A DNA stretch of 64,000 nucleotides, taken from assembly GCA_964414675.1 (NCBI GenBank), contig CAYPYF010000003.1, forward strand, positions 11,696 through 75,695, given 5' to 3'. Below the pieces are notes generated by a model. It was not told the origin of the DNA. It made no database searches and worked only from the letters and a program-made list of their open reading frames with translations. Shown here piece by piece: positions 1 to 8,018 of this stretch. The DNA is from an uncultured Dehalococcoidaceae bacterium. GTDB lineage: Bacteria; Chloroflexota; Dehalococcoidia; UBA2979. Numbering within the stretch: the first letter of the stretch is position 1; every line of letters starts with the position of its first letter. The translations under genes and the position numbers were made by a program.

Positions 1-1
1 G

Positions 2-388
2 ACGCGGCGCGTCTGGCGCCGTCGTACCCCTGTGGATGTGTCCGACCCAAGTCGCACCGTCGTTGACATCATGGATACTCCCGCAGCAGCGGGTGGGGCA
101 CTTCATGCCGTCGAGGTCCTGCGCGCCTACTTCGAGAGCGAATACGCAGACGAGCGCATGCTGCTGGAGTACGGCGATCGCCTGGGGCGTGGAACGATGT
201 TCAAGCGGCTCGGGTATCTCGTCGAGCATGAGCAACTCGGGACCGAGGCTCTCATCGAAGCCTGTCGCGCGCGGATCAGTAAGGGCATCAGCCGGCTTGA
301 TCCCGATGGTCCGGAGGCCGGCAGGATCGTCTCGCGGTGGAACCTCCGGATAAACGTGCCGCGACTCGCGCCGGCGGACGCGGCATGA
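2..388 (+). CDS. AbiEi-family antitoxin (type IV TA), C-terminal fragment; 5' end lies outside the window
   Basis: The C-terminal region resembles the AbiEi C-terminal domain. Its stop overlaps the downstream AbiEii start by ATGA (385-388), the classic AbiEi/AbiEii coupling. Confidence 0.6.
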   Translation, partial: TRRVWRRRTPVDVSDPSRTVVDIMDTPAAAGGALHAVEVLRAYFESEYADERMLLEYGDRLGRGTMFKRLGYLVEHEQLGTEALIEACRARISKGISRLDPDGPEAGRIVSRWNLRINVPRLAPADAA

Positions 389-1770
389 TCGGGCGGGCCG
401 ATCTCGACGACCGCGTGCGGCGGTGGGGACTCCGCGACGACGTGGTCGAGAAGGACTACGTCCTCGGCTGGATGCTGTGGGGCATCGGCTCCGATCCGCT
501 CCTCGGTTCGACATGGATCTTCAAGGGGGGCACCTGCCTCAAGAAGTGCTACCTCGAGACCTATCGGTTCTCCGAGGACCTGGACTTCACGGTCCTGGAG
601 GAAGGGCCGATCCAGCCGGACGAAGTGATTGCTGCGCTCATGCCGGTGCTCGATCGCATCGGTCAGGAGTCGGGGATCGACTTCACGGTCCGTGAGTCGA
701 CGCTGCGTACCCGCCCGACCGGCCGTTCCGCAGAGGGTCGCGTGTACTACCGCGGGCCGCGTGGCGCGCCGACAGCCGCGAGCATCAAGCTCGATCTCAC
801 GAAGGACGAGCTGCTGGTTCGGCCGCCGGTGCTGCGGCCGATCAACCACGACTACCCGGAGATCCTGCCCGCGCCCGCGCAGGTACGGTGCTACGGGTTC
901 GAGGAGGTCTTCGCTGAGAAGCTCCGCGCGATGGGCGAACGCGCACGGCCGCGTGACCTCTACGACATCGTGAACCTGTTCCGTCGACCTGATTTCCGCG
1001 AGCACGCGGCTCTCGTCCGCGACATCCTCGCGCAGAAGTGCGCCGTGAAGGGGATCGACGTCCCGTCGGTCGCCGCGATCAGCGCCTCGCCGATGTTCGG
1101 TGAGTTGCAGACCGAGTGGGCGAACATGCTGGCGCACCAGTTGCAGGCGCTTCCCGACTTCGACCAGTTCTGGGCGGAGATGCCACGGCTGTTCGCATGG
1201 CTGGAGGGCGCTGAGTTCGATGAGGGAGCGGAGTTGGCGCCGCTCGGCGCCGAAGACGAAGCATGGACGCCGCCTCCCACGTTCTGGACCTCCGGTTCTG
1301 GTAACCGCCTGGAGCCGATCCGGTTTGCCGCGGCGAATCACCTCCTCGTGGAACTCGGATACGACGGCCGTACTCGCTCGATCGAGCCGTACTCGTTGCG
1401 TCAGACCCAGAACCGGAACATCGTCCTGCACGCGCTCCGCGCGGACAGCGGCGAGCACCGTTCGTATCGTGTGGATCGTATTCAGTCGGTCGTGGCGACT
1501 ACGCGCCCATTCACACCGCGGTATCTCGTGGAGTTCGCGAGCGCGGGGCCGATTGCGGTCGCCCCCGCGCCGGCCCCTGCACCCCGCGCCACCCGGACAG
1601 TGCCACGCCGCGGCACAAGGCCGGCCGGTCCAACGTACATTGTTGTGTGCTCGACCTGTCGGAAGCGCTTCAGGCGAGTTCGGCGCAACACGAGGCTGCG
1701 CCCACACAAGGATCCCAGCGGTTCGTGGAACTGCTCCGGTCGGACCGGATACATCGACCGTATCGAGTAG
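385..1770 (+). CDS. AbiEii/DUF1814 nucleotidyltransferase toxin fused to a C-terminal WYL domain and a CxxC...CxxxxC zinc ribbon
   Basis: N-terminal motifs VEKDYVLGWMLWGI and FKGGTCLKKCYL are typical of the AbiEii/AbiGii NTase family. The C-terminus IEPYSLRQTQNRNIVLHALRADSGEHRSYRVDRI matches the WYL pattern, followed by a CSTCRK...CSGRTGY ribbon. Likely start is the internal Met at 385. Confidence 0.7.
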   Translation: MIGRADLDDRVRRWGLRDDVVEKDYVLGWMLWGIGSDPLLGSTWIFKGGTCLKKCYLETYRFSEDLDFTVLEEGPIQPDEVIAALMPVLDRIGQESGIDFTVRESTLRTRPTGRSAEGRVYYRGPRGAPTAASIKLDLTKDELLVRPPVLRPINHDYPEILPAPAQVRCYGFEEVFAEKLRAMGERARPRDLYDIVNLFRRPDFREHAALVRDILAQKCAVKGIDVPSVAAISASPMFGELQTEWANMLAHQLQALPDFDQFWAEMPRLFAWLEGAEFDEGAELAPLGAEDEAWTPPPTFWTSGSGNRLEPIRFAAANHLLVELGYDGRTRSIEPYSLRQTQNRNIVLHALRADSGEHRSYRVDRIQSVVATTRPFTPRYLVEFASAGPIAVAPAPAPAPRATRTVPRRGTRPAGPTYIVVCSTCRKRFRRVRRNTRLRPHKDPSGSWNCSGRTGYIDRIE

Positions 1771-1815
1771 GCATTCGCGAGCCGCACCGGAGCGTGGATC
1801 GACGGAGGGCTGTCT

Positions 1816-3981
1816 ATGCGAGCGATCATCTACTCGCGAGTCTCGACTGACGCGCAGGAGCGCGACGGGACCTCGCTCGAGACACAGGAACGCGCCTGCG
1901 AGGCGCTCATGAACGATCGCGGCTGGCGGGTCGTTCGCCGGATCCGTGACGCGGCCAGCGGCGCTTCGCTCGAACGCGACGGACTCGAAGAGCTCCGCGG
2001 CATGCTCCGGCGCGGCGAGGCCGACACGGTCGTCGCCTACGCCGTCGACCGCCTGTCCCGGAACCAGAACCACATCGGCATCCTCTTCGACGAGTTCCAG
2101 CGAGCGGAGGCGCAACTCGAATTCGTGACGGAGCGTTTCGAGGACACCGCGGTCGGGCGCTTCATCCTCGCGGCGCGTGCCTTCATTGCCGAGGTTGAGC
2201 GCGAGAAGATCCTGGAGCGCACCACGCGCGGCAAGACCGAGCGCGCCCTCAGCGGCAAGATCCCGCAGGCGTTCGGGAAAGGATGCTACGGGTACACCTA
2301 CAACCCGGAGACGGGACGGCGCGATGTTGAGCCCTACCAGGCCAGCGTCGTGCGCCGCATCTTCGAGCGGTATGCCGAGACCCGGAGCTTCTCCGCCGTC
2401 TGTAACGAACTGAACGACGCGGGTATCCCCGCGTTCTCGGGTGGCCAGTGGTACCCAATCACCGTGCGCCGCGTCCTCATGAACGAGGCCTACACCGGAC
2501 GCACCGTGTATCGGCGCACCAAGCGCGTCCCCGTCCGTGGGACCGGGGCGCGCCGACGGAGTCGGGTCATCGAACAGCCGGCAGCGGAATGGATCGACAT
2601 CCCGGGCGCGACCCCGGCGATCATCGACGACGCGCTCTGGAGTCGCATCCGAGCGATCATCGAGGATCCCGCGCGGACCGCTCGGCGATCCGTTGCTCGG
2701 CGCGACTACGCGCTGCGCGGTCGGCTGCGATGTGCGTTGTGCCTGAGCGCGATGGTAGGGCAGACGCTCAGCAACAAGGGCAGGAACTACGAGTACTACC
2801 GCTGCCGCCACGTGTATGCGCGCGTGTCAGGTCGGCAGTGTGAGGGGCGCTACGTCCCGGCAGCAATCTTGGAAGCGGGGGTGTGGTCGAAGATCCGCGA
2901 GGTGCTCACCGCACCGGGGCTGGTGCTTGCCGAGCAGCGTCGGGCCGCCCAGGTGGACGTGGACGAGGGCGCGATCCAGCGGATCGAGTCGCAGGTCGCG
3001 GTGCTCCAGAAGCGTGAGGAACGCCTGGTCCGCATGTTCGGGTTCGAGGAGGTCGAGGAGACAACCGTCCGCAATGAACTCCGCGATGTCCGCCGTCAGC
3101 GTGACGCGCTGACGGTCGACCTCGAGTCGCTCAAGAACGTCTCGGGGCATGGGATCGCCGTCGACGAGGTAGGACTTCGGGACGCATGCGCGAGCATCGC
3201 TGAGCATCTGGACGGCGCTAGTAGCAATCGGCAGGATCAGGTGCTCGAAGCGCTTCAGATTAGCGTGAGTGCGACGAGAGAGACCGCTACGGTCGAAGGA
3301 GTGCTCCCGATCGACGTCCCGGACTTTTTGATCAAAAAGTGGAGTTTATCACCACTGAACAAACATCGGCATGACGACGTGGATGAAGCGGTCGTCGCCG
3401 ACGGGGCGGAGGACGCCCGGGCTCGAGGGGGACGTCGTCTCGATGGCGACGCGGTCCGTGTCGATCACGTTGAGGACATCGGTCAGGTAGCGGCCGTTGA
3501 ACGCGATCTTCGACTCGCCGCCTTCGACGACGGCGTCGAGGATGCCCTCGTTGTCGCCGACTTCCTCCGCGCGTGCGGTGATGTGCAGGCTGCCGGGGTC
3601 GGAGCCCTCACCCGCCGAGGCGATGACGCGGACGATGCCGGAGCCGTCGCGCGCGAAGATCGAGGCGATGCGCGTCTCACGGACGAAGTCCGAGACCGTC
3701 ACTTCGGTGCGCGTTGTGTAGTTCGAGGGGATGAGCTGCTCGTAGTTCGGGAACGTCCCCTGGATCAGGTTCGCGATCAGGCGGGCGTGGCCCACGTCGA
3801 ACTGCACCTGCGTGCCGGTCGGGTTGAAGGTGATCGCCACGTCGCCGCTGCCCACCTCCTGCAGGAGGCGTCCCAGCTCGCCGAGGGCGCGCGCCGGCAC
3901 GATCGCCGTGCGGTCCACCTCGGCGGCGAGGGGCATCGTGTGGACCGAGAGACGGAAGCCGTCCGCGGCCGCCAGCCGTAG
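1816..3981 (+). CDS. Large serine recombinase (resolvase catalytic domain + recombinase domain + zinc ribbon + coiled coil). Recognisable domains end near 3340; the ORF has no stop until 3981 and runs antisense through dnaN
   Basis: N-terminus IIYSRVSTDAQ...DRLSR is the serine-recombinase catalytic motif. The zinc ribbon CALC...YYRCRH...QCEG and coiled-coil region are present. The C-terminal 200 codons are antisense to the dnaN CDS. Confidence 0.8.
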   Translation: MRAIIYSRVSTDAQERDGTSLETQERACEALMNDRGWRVVRRIRDAASGASLERDGLEELRGMLRRGEADTVVAYAVDRLSRNQNHIGILFDEFQRAEAQLEFVTERFEDTAVGRFILAARAFIAEVEREKILERTTRGKTERALSGKIPQAFGKGCYGYTYNPETGRRDVEPYQASVVRRIFERYAETRSFSAVCNELNDAGIPAFSGGQWYPITVRRVLMNEAYTGRTVYRRTKRVPVRGTGARRRSRVIEQPAAEWIDIPGATPAIIDDALWSRIRAIIEDPARTARRSVARRDYALRGRLRCALCLSAMVGQTLSNKGRNYEYYRCRHVYARVSGRQCEGRYVPAAILEAGVWSKIREVLTAPGLVLAEQRRAAQVDVDEGAIQRIESQVAVLQKREERLVRMFGFEEVEETTVRNELRDVRRQRDALTVDLESLKNVSGHGIAVDEVGLRDACASIAEHLDGASSNRQDQVLEALQISVSATRETATVEGVLPIDVPDFLIKKWSLSPLNKHRHDDVDEAVVADGAEDARARGGRRLDGDAVRVDHVEDIGQVAAVERDLRLAAFDDGVEDALVVADFLRACGDVQAAGVGALTRRGDDADDAGAVAREDRGDARLTDEVRDRHFGARCVVRGDELLVVRERPLDQVRDQAGVAHVELHLRAGRVEGDRHVAAAHLLQEASQLAEGARRHDRRAVHLGGEGHRVDRETEAVRGRQP
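3324..3339. repeat. Perfect 16-bp AT-rich palindrome CTTTTTGATCAAAAAG, 9 nt from the dnaN stop and inside the recombinase read-through
   Basis: Read directly; it is its own reverse complement. The local AT-rich stretch stands out in a 70% GC context. Confidence 0.8.
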
Positions 3982-4482
3982 CTCACCGGGCTTGAAGTGG
4001 AAGTGCACGCCCGTCAGCACCGGACGCGAGTCGTCCGTGGCGGCGGCGAAGACCGTCTGTCCGATCGCTGCACGGAGTCGCGACGCGTCGATGCGGATCT
4101 CTTCCGAGCCCGAGACCGAGGGGATCGGCGGGAAGTCGTCCGGGTCCATGCCGCCGATCGACGCCGTGTTGCGGGCGCATGAGAGGCTGACCTGCCGTGA
4201 GCGCTCCGCGAGCGTCATCGTGATCGGCTGGTGTGGGAGCGTGGCGACGAAGTCCGCGAGCAGTCGCGAGGGCATCGTGATCGCCCCTGCTTCGTCGATG
4301 TCCGCCTGGATGCGATAGGTGATCGCGATTGTCTCAGCGTCTGTCGCCGAGAGCGTGATCGAGGAATCGGCGGCCTCGACGAGGACGTGCTGAGTGATCG
4401 GGAGCGTGGAGCGCGCCGGGATGGCGCGTGACACCGCGGAAAGCCCGCGGTGCAGGTCTTCCTGTTGGCAGGACAGCCGCAT
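3349..4482 (-). CDS. dnaN: DNA polymerase III beta subunit (sliding clamp)
   Basis: Full-length three-domain beta-clamp similarity over 377 aa. It is not next to dnaA/recF/gyrB, so it may be a second clamp copy. Confidence 0.85.
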   Translation of the reverse strand: MRLSCQQEDLHRGLSAVSRAIPARSTLPITQHVLVEAADSSITLSATDAETIAITYRIQADIDEAGAITMPSRLLADFVATLPHQPITMTLAERSRQVSLSCARNTASIGGMDPDDFPPIPSVSGSEEIRIDASRLRAAIGQTVFAAATDDSRPVLTGVHFHFKPGELRLAAADGFRLSVHTMPLAAEVDRTAIVPARALGELGRLLQEVGSGDVAITFNPTGTQVQFDVGHARLIANLIQGTFPNYEQLIPSNYTTRTEVTVSDFVRETRIASIFARDGSGIVRVIASAGEGSDPGSLHITARAEEVGDNEGILDAVVEGGESKIAFNGRYLTDVLNVIDTDRVAIETTSPSSPGVLRPVGDDRFIHVVMPMFVQW

Positions 4483-4606
4483 CGATCATCCGATCACGCG
4501 CATGCGCGAATTATCGTGCTGAGTATACGTTCCGCGCGCACGAGCGGGCAATCCGTCCTGTCAACAGCGAGGAGGGTGGGGCGCGCGATCCACGGGGGCC
4601 GCCTGG

Positions 4607-5407
4607 CTACCTCGCAGGCAGCGCCTCAAGGAGCTCGGCGAGCGAGGTGAGCGCGAGGTCGGGCGGCGCGATGTGGTCCGGGAACGCCGCTTCCTCGCGT
4701 CGGATCCACGCGGTGCGGAGTCCGGCGTTCGTCGCCCCGGCGACGTCGGCGAAGGGCGAGTCGCCCACGTAGAGGATCTCCTCGGGGGCCACGCCGAAGC
4801 GCCCCGCGAGCGCGAGGAAGATCGTGCGGTGTGGCTTGTAGGCGCGCAGCGACTCGCTCGACTGGATCACGGAGAAGCGCAGGCGCGCCCGGGAGAGGGC
4901 GGCCTGGAGGAAATCTTCATCGGCGTTCGACAGGAGCCCAAGGAGGTATCCGCGGGCGGCGAGGCCCTCGACTGTGTCGTGTGCATCATCGAACGCGGGC
5001 GCGATTGAGAGCGCCGCGCGGAACCGGTCGGCGGCCGCTGCGGCTTCGCACTCGATCGTGTGGTGGTCGATGGCGGCCTGGAACTGCCGTCGCCAGATCT
5101 CCCATTGCGAGTGCCAGTCGGGGAGCGGGCCGTTGAGGGCGCGCTCGGTCGGCCAGCCCTTCGGACCCTGCTCGGTGCGGTCGCTCTGGTCCCACACGTC
5201 GCCGGCCCGGTAGGAGCGTTGCCACGTCAGGAAGAAGGCGTCGAAGTCCTCGACCTCCACGTGCTGTCCCGCAAGCTCGGCGGCGACGTCCACGCGGAAC
5301 TGCGGCATCCCGTAGTCGAACAGCGTCCCGTAGCCATCGAAGGCGACTGCGCGGATGACGGTGGGGTCGAAGGGCGGACGCGAGTCGGGGGCCACGGCGC
5401 TCCTCAT
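4607..5407 (-). CDS. HAD-superfamily hydrolase
   Basis: Motif I DGYGTLFD and a C-terminal VGDS motif. Confidence 0.7.
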   Translation of the reverse strand: MRSAVAPDSRPPFDPTVIRAVAFDGYGTLFDYGMPQFRVDVAAELAGQHVEVEDFDAFFLTWQRSYRAGDVWDQSDRTEQGPKGWPTERALNGPLPDWHSQWEIWRRQFQAAIDHHTIECEAAAAADRFRAALSIAPAFDDAHDTVEGLAARGYLLGLLSNADEDFLQAALSRARLRFSVIQSSESLRAYKPHRTIFLALAGRFGVAPEEILYVGDSPFADVAGATNAGLRTAWIRREEAAFPDHIAPPDLALTSLAELLEALPAR

Positions 5408-5502
5408 CCGTCGGCGGGCGCCACGAGGGATCCCCGCGGCGGCATCACCTTAGCCGCCCCATGGCCTGACCGTCACCGGGGGCGGCTCGTTCCGACGGCT
5501 CG

Positions 5503-6132
5503 CTAGATGTCGTAGACCGCGGTGAGGGCGAGGAGCACCCGGTCCGCGAGCCCGGCGATCTGCTCGCGCGCGGTCGCGGCCTCGTCGGGCGGCATGCGGT
5601 TGCGGTCCGCGAGCTGCTTGGCGGTCTCGTCGAGGGAGCGGCGGAAGAAGGTGAACGCCTGGATCGCCTGAGACAGCGGCATCCCGCGCCGCTGCAACTC
5701 GGCGCCGTACGCCTCGCCGATCGCGGAGACTTCCTCCTCGAGTTCGTTGCGGCGTCCGCGCTTCGCGATGTAGTCGTCGACGATCTCGAGGAGGCGCTGA
5801 CCCAGCGGACGGAGGGCGTCGCGTTCGTCGGCGTCCGTCTCTCGGTACCAGCGCGCGTCGGACTTGTTCGAGTGCAGCTGTCGGCGGATGCGGGAGAGCG
5901 CGGCCGTCTCCAGCGAGCGGTCGGGCCGCCGGCCGCCGGTGTCGACGAGTTCCTGGAGTTCCGCCTCGTCGAAGCGTCGGTGCCCGCCCGGCGTGCGGAA
6001 CACCTGGATCTCACCAGAGTCCGCCCAGCGTCGGACGGTGGACTCGTTCACCCCGAGGATCTCGCATGCCCGCGCCAGGCTGACCCAGCGGGAGCGGCGT
6101 CGCCCCGTCCGGGACTCATTAGGGGAGGTCAT
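5503..6132 (-). CDS. Excisionase/MerR-family HTH DNA-binding protein with C-terminal domain of unknown function
   Basis: N-terminal LARACEILGVNESTVRRWADSGEIQVFRTPGGHRRF is HTH_17/MerR-type. Confidence 0.65.
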   Translation of the reverse strand: MTSPNESRTGRRRSRWVSLARACEILGVNESTVRRWADSGEIQVFRTPGGHRRFDEAELQELVDTGGRRPDRSLETAALSRIRRQLHSNKSDARWYRETDADERDALRPLGQRLLEIVDDYIAKRGRRNELEEEVSAIGEAYGAELQRRGMPLSQAIQAFTFFRRSLDETAKQLADRNRMPPDEAATAREQIAGLADRVLLALTAVYDI

Positions 6133-6140
6133 AGGCAGCC

Positions 6141-6199
6141 TCCGAATCTCTCGATTCGGATCGAAGTCGTCGTAGATTTGACAGTCTAGAGTCTACGAC
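6141..6199. promoter_or_regulatory. Two inverted repeats in the HTH-gene promoter region: TCCGAATC-tctc-GATTCGGA at 6141-6160 and GTCGTAG...CTACGAC at 6169-6199
   Basis: Read directly. They lie immediately upstream of the regulator start codon at 6132 (minus strand). Confidence 0.45.
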
Positions 6200-6256
6200 T
6201 TACGACCCGCAAGCACGGCCCGCACGTCGAGCCACCGGCCTCACCCGCACTCCATG

Positions 6257-7492
6257 CTACAGCCCCCGGCTGACGGAGCCATCGCCAAACCGTGCACGGA
6301 TTTCGTCGATGGTGCGGTCGAGCTCCTCGACGCGCAGCACGCGCGGGGCGGCGCTCCGGCCGTCGAGGTCGTCGAGTGTCAGTTGCATCTCGTCCTCCAC
6401 GATATTCGTCACGGCGACGCCGATGAGCCGCACCGGGTGGGCGCCCTCGGTGCGGAACACCTCGTCGAGGAGGGCGATGGCGGTGGCGGCGATGTCGGCG
6501 GTCGCCTGCACCGGGCGGTCGACCGTCGCGCTACGGCTCAGCGTGGTGAAGTCCGGCCAGCGCACCTTGAGCGAGACCGTGCGGGCGCGCTTGCCCTGCC
6601 GCCGCAGGTCGGTGCCCACGCGGTCGGCATGACGCCGGATCACGTGACGCAGTTCCTCGAGGTCGCTGATGTCCTCGGAGAACGTGTTCTCGCGCGAGAT
6701 CTGTCGATGCGCGCGCCCGCCCGCGAGGACGGCGTTCGGGTCGATCCCGCGAGCGCGCTCGACGAGCGCCTCGCCGCCCTTCCCGAACTGGGCGGCCAGC
6801 CAGCGAGGGTCGAGGCGCGCCGCGTCGCCGATCGTGCGGACGCCGATCTTCGCGAGCGCCTCGCCGAACTTCGGCCCGACGAACGGAAGGTCGCGGATGC
6901 GCAGCGGCGCGAGGAACTCCGCGTCCCCGCCCACGGGGATCTCGAGGAGCCCGTCCGGCTTCGCGCGGTCAGAGCCCACCTTCGCCGTCGTCTTCGACCC
7001 GGCGATGCAGACCGAGACGGGCAGTCCGAGGTCCTCGCGGACGCGTCGCCTGACTTCGGTCGCGGCGTCGAACGCTCCCGTCTCCGCGCTCCCGATGCCG
7101 GTCAGGTCCACGTACGCCTCGTCAAGGCCCGCGGACTCCACCACCGGAGACGTGTCGTTCAGGACGGCGTGGAACCGCTCCGAGTATTCGCCGTACACGC
7201 CCTGCGAGGGCGGCACGATGATCGCCTGGGGGCAGAGGCGGAGCGCCTGGGACATCGGCTGGGCCGAGTGGCAGCCGAACACGCGCGCCTCATACGACGC
7301 GGTGGCGACGACCCCGCGCCCGCCGGGGTGCCCGACGAGCACCGGCTTCCCGATGAGATCCGGGTTCCGGAGTCGTTCCACGGCGACGAAGAACGAGTCG
7401 AGGTCGAAGTGGGCGATGCGTCTCGCGCGGCGAGGGGCGGGGTCGGGCGTGGTCATCGATGTCCCCGGACGCGGGCGTCCCCGGCACAGCAT
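6257..7492 (-). CDS. dinB: DNA polymerase IV (Y-family translesion polymerase)
   Basis: IAHFDLDSFFVAVE...VLVGHPGGRGVVATASYEARVFG...LDEAYVDLTG are Y-family signature motifs. Confidence 0.9.
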   Translation of the reverse strand: MLCRGRPRPGTSMTTPDPAPRRARRIAHFDLDSFFVAVERLRNPDLIGKPVLVGHPGGRGVVATASYEARVFGCHSAQPMSQALRLCPQAIIVPPSQGVYGEYSERFHAVLNDTSPVVESAGLDEAYVDLTGIGSAETGAFDAATEVRRRVREDLGLPVSVCIAGSKTTAKVGSDRAKPDGLLEIPVGGDAEFLAPLRIRDLPFVGPKFGEALAKIGVRTIGDAARLDPRWLAAQFGKGGEALVERARGIDPNAVLAGGRAHRQISRENTFSEDISDLEELRHVIRRHADRVGTDLRRQGKRARTVSLKVRWPDFTTLSRSATVDRPVQATADIAATAIALLDEVFRTEGAHPVRLIGVAVTNIVEDEMQLTLDDLDGRSAAPRVLRVEELDRTIDEIRARFGDGSVSRGL

Positions 7493-7559
7493 TCTCGGCG
7501 CTGCATTCTCGGCACTGGGGAGCCACGATCGGAGGATAGAGAGCGGACGGGGAGCGCGG

Positions 7560-7961
7560 CTAGGAGCCGGCGGCAGTCCCGTCGATCACGGGCGTGCCCG
7601 GGTCGTCGTCCGGTGTGGTCTCGGCGCCTGCGGGGACCTCGTCGGTCGTGGCGGCAGGTGTCGCGCCGTTCGGGCGGTAGGGTGACCGCTCCACGAGGCG
7701 CAGGCCCTCGATCTCATCTTCGGTGACGTCCCGGACGGCCTCGTGCGGCTTCGCGCCGGCGCGGATGCGCCGCGCGACGGCGACGCCGGCCGCGACGACG
7801 AGCGCCGAGGAGATCGCGGCGCCCCCGGCGAGGAACATGTGGCGCTTCTTCATCTCCGGGAAGCGCTCGATCGCCTCGTGCGCCAGTTTGATCGCGCCGT
7901 GCGCGAGGTCATCGAGCTGTTCGCCGCCGCTGGGGTGCATGAGATCGTCGGGAAGCTTCAT
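7560..7961 (-). CDS. Hypothetical small protein with one predicted TM helix
   Basis: ORF with the hydrophobic stretch FLAGGAAISSALVVAAGVAVA. No recognisable family. Confidence 0.4.
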   Translation of the reverse strand: MKLPDDLMHPSGGEQLDDLAHGAIKLAHEAIERFPEMKKRHMFLAGGAAISSALVVAAGVAVARRIRAGAKPHEAVRDVTEDEIEGLRLVERSPYRPNGATPAATTDEVPAGAETTPDDDPGTPVIDGTAAGS

Positions 7962-8018
7962 CAGCCTATCTTGCGCCTCACCAGCCCTACTGCGCCAGTC
8001 GAGTGCTCGCGGAACTCG

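Larger units (their letters stand above)
1..3340. mobile_element. Partial integrative element (AbiE TA + large serine recombinase) abutting the dnaN 3' end; left end outside window
   Basis: A TA module and a large serine recombinase are adjacent. The recombinase 3' end meets an AT-rich perfect palindrome immediately downstream of the dnaN stop. Confidence 0.4.

Noticed and set aside
127-2811. 894-aa minus-strand ORF spanning the AbiE and recombinase genes
   Set aside because: It is antisense to two genes with clear family signatures. Long stop-free antisense frames are expected at about 70% GC. It has an Arg/Pro/Gly-rich composition and no recognisable motifs.
3341-3981. C-terminal roughly 200 residues of the recombinase ORF as a genuine extra domain
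   Set aside because: This stretch is exactly antisense to the conserved dnaN CDS and has no recognisable fold signature. It is more likely read-through caused by a missing stop, and is flagged as a finding rather than annotated as a domain.
4483-4606. Possible LexA/SOS box or RecA-independent promoter motif upstream of dnaN
   Set aside because: No match to the actinobacterial LexA box (TCGAAC-N4-GTTCGA) or to the TGTCGGTG-N8-TANNNT motif was seen. There is only a mildly AT-rich promoter-like stretch.
6254-7726. 490-aa plus-strand ORF opposite dinB
   Set aside because: It is a shadow ORF of the well-supported Pol IV gene on the other strand.
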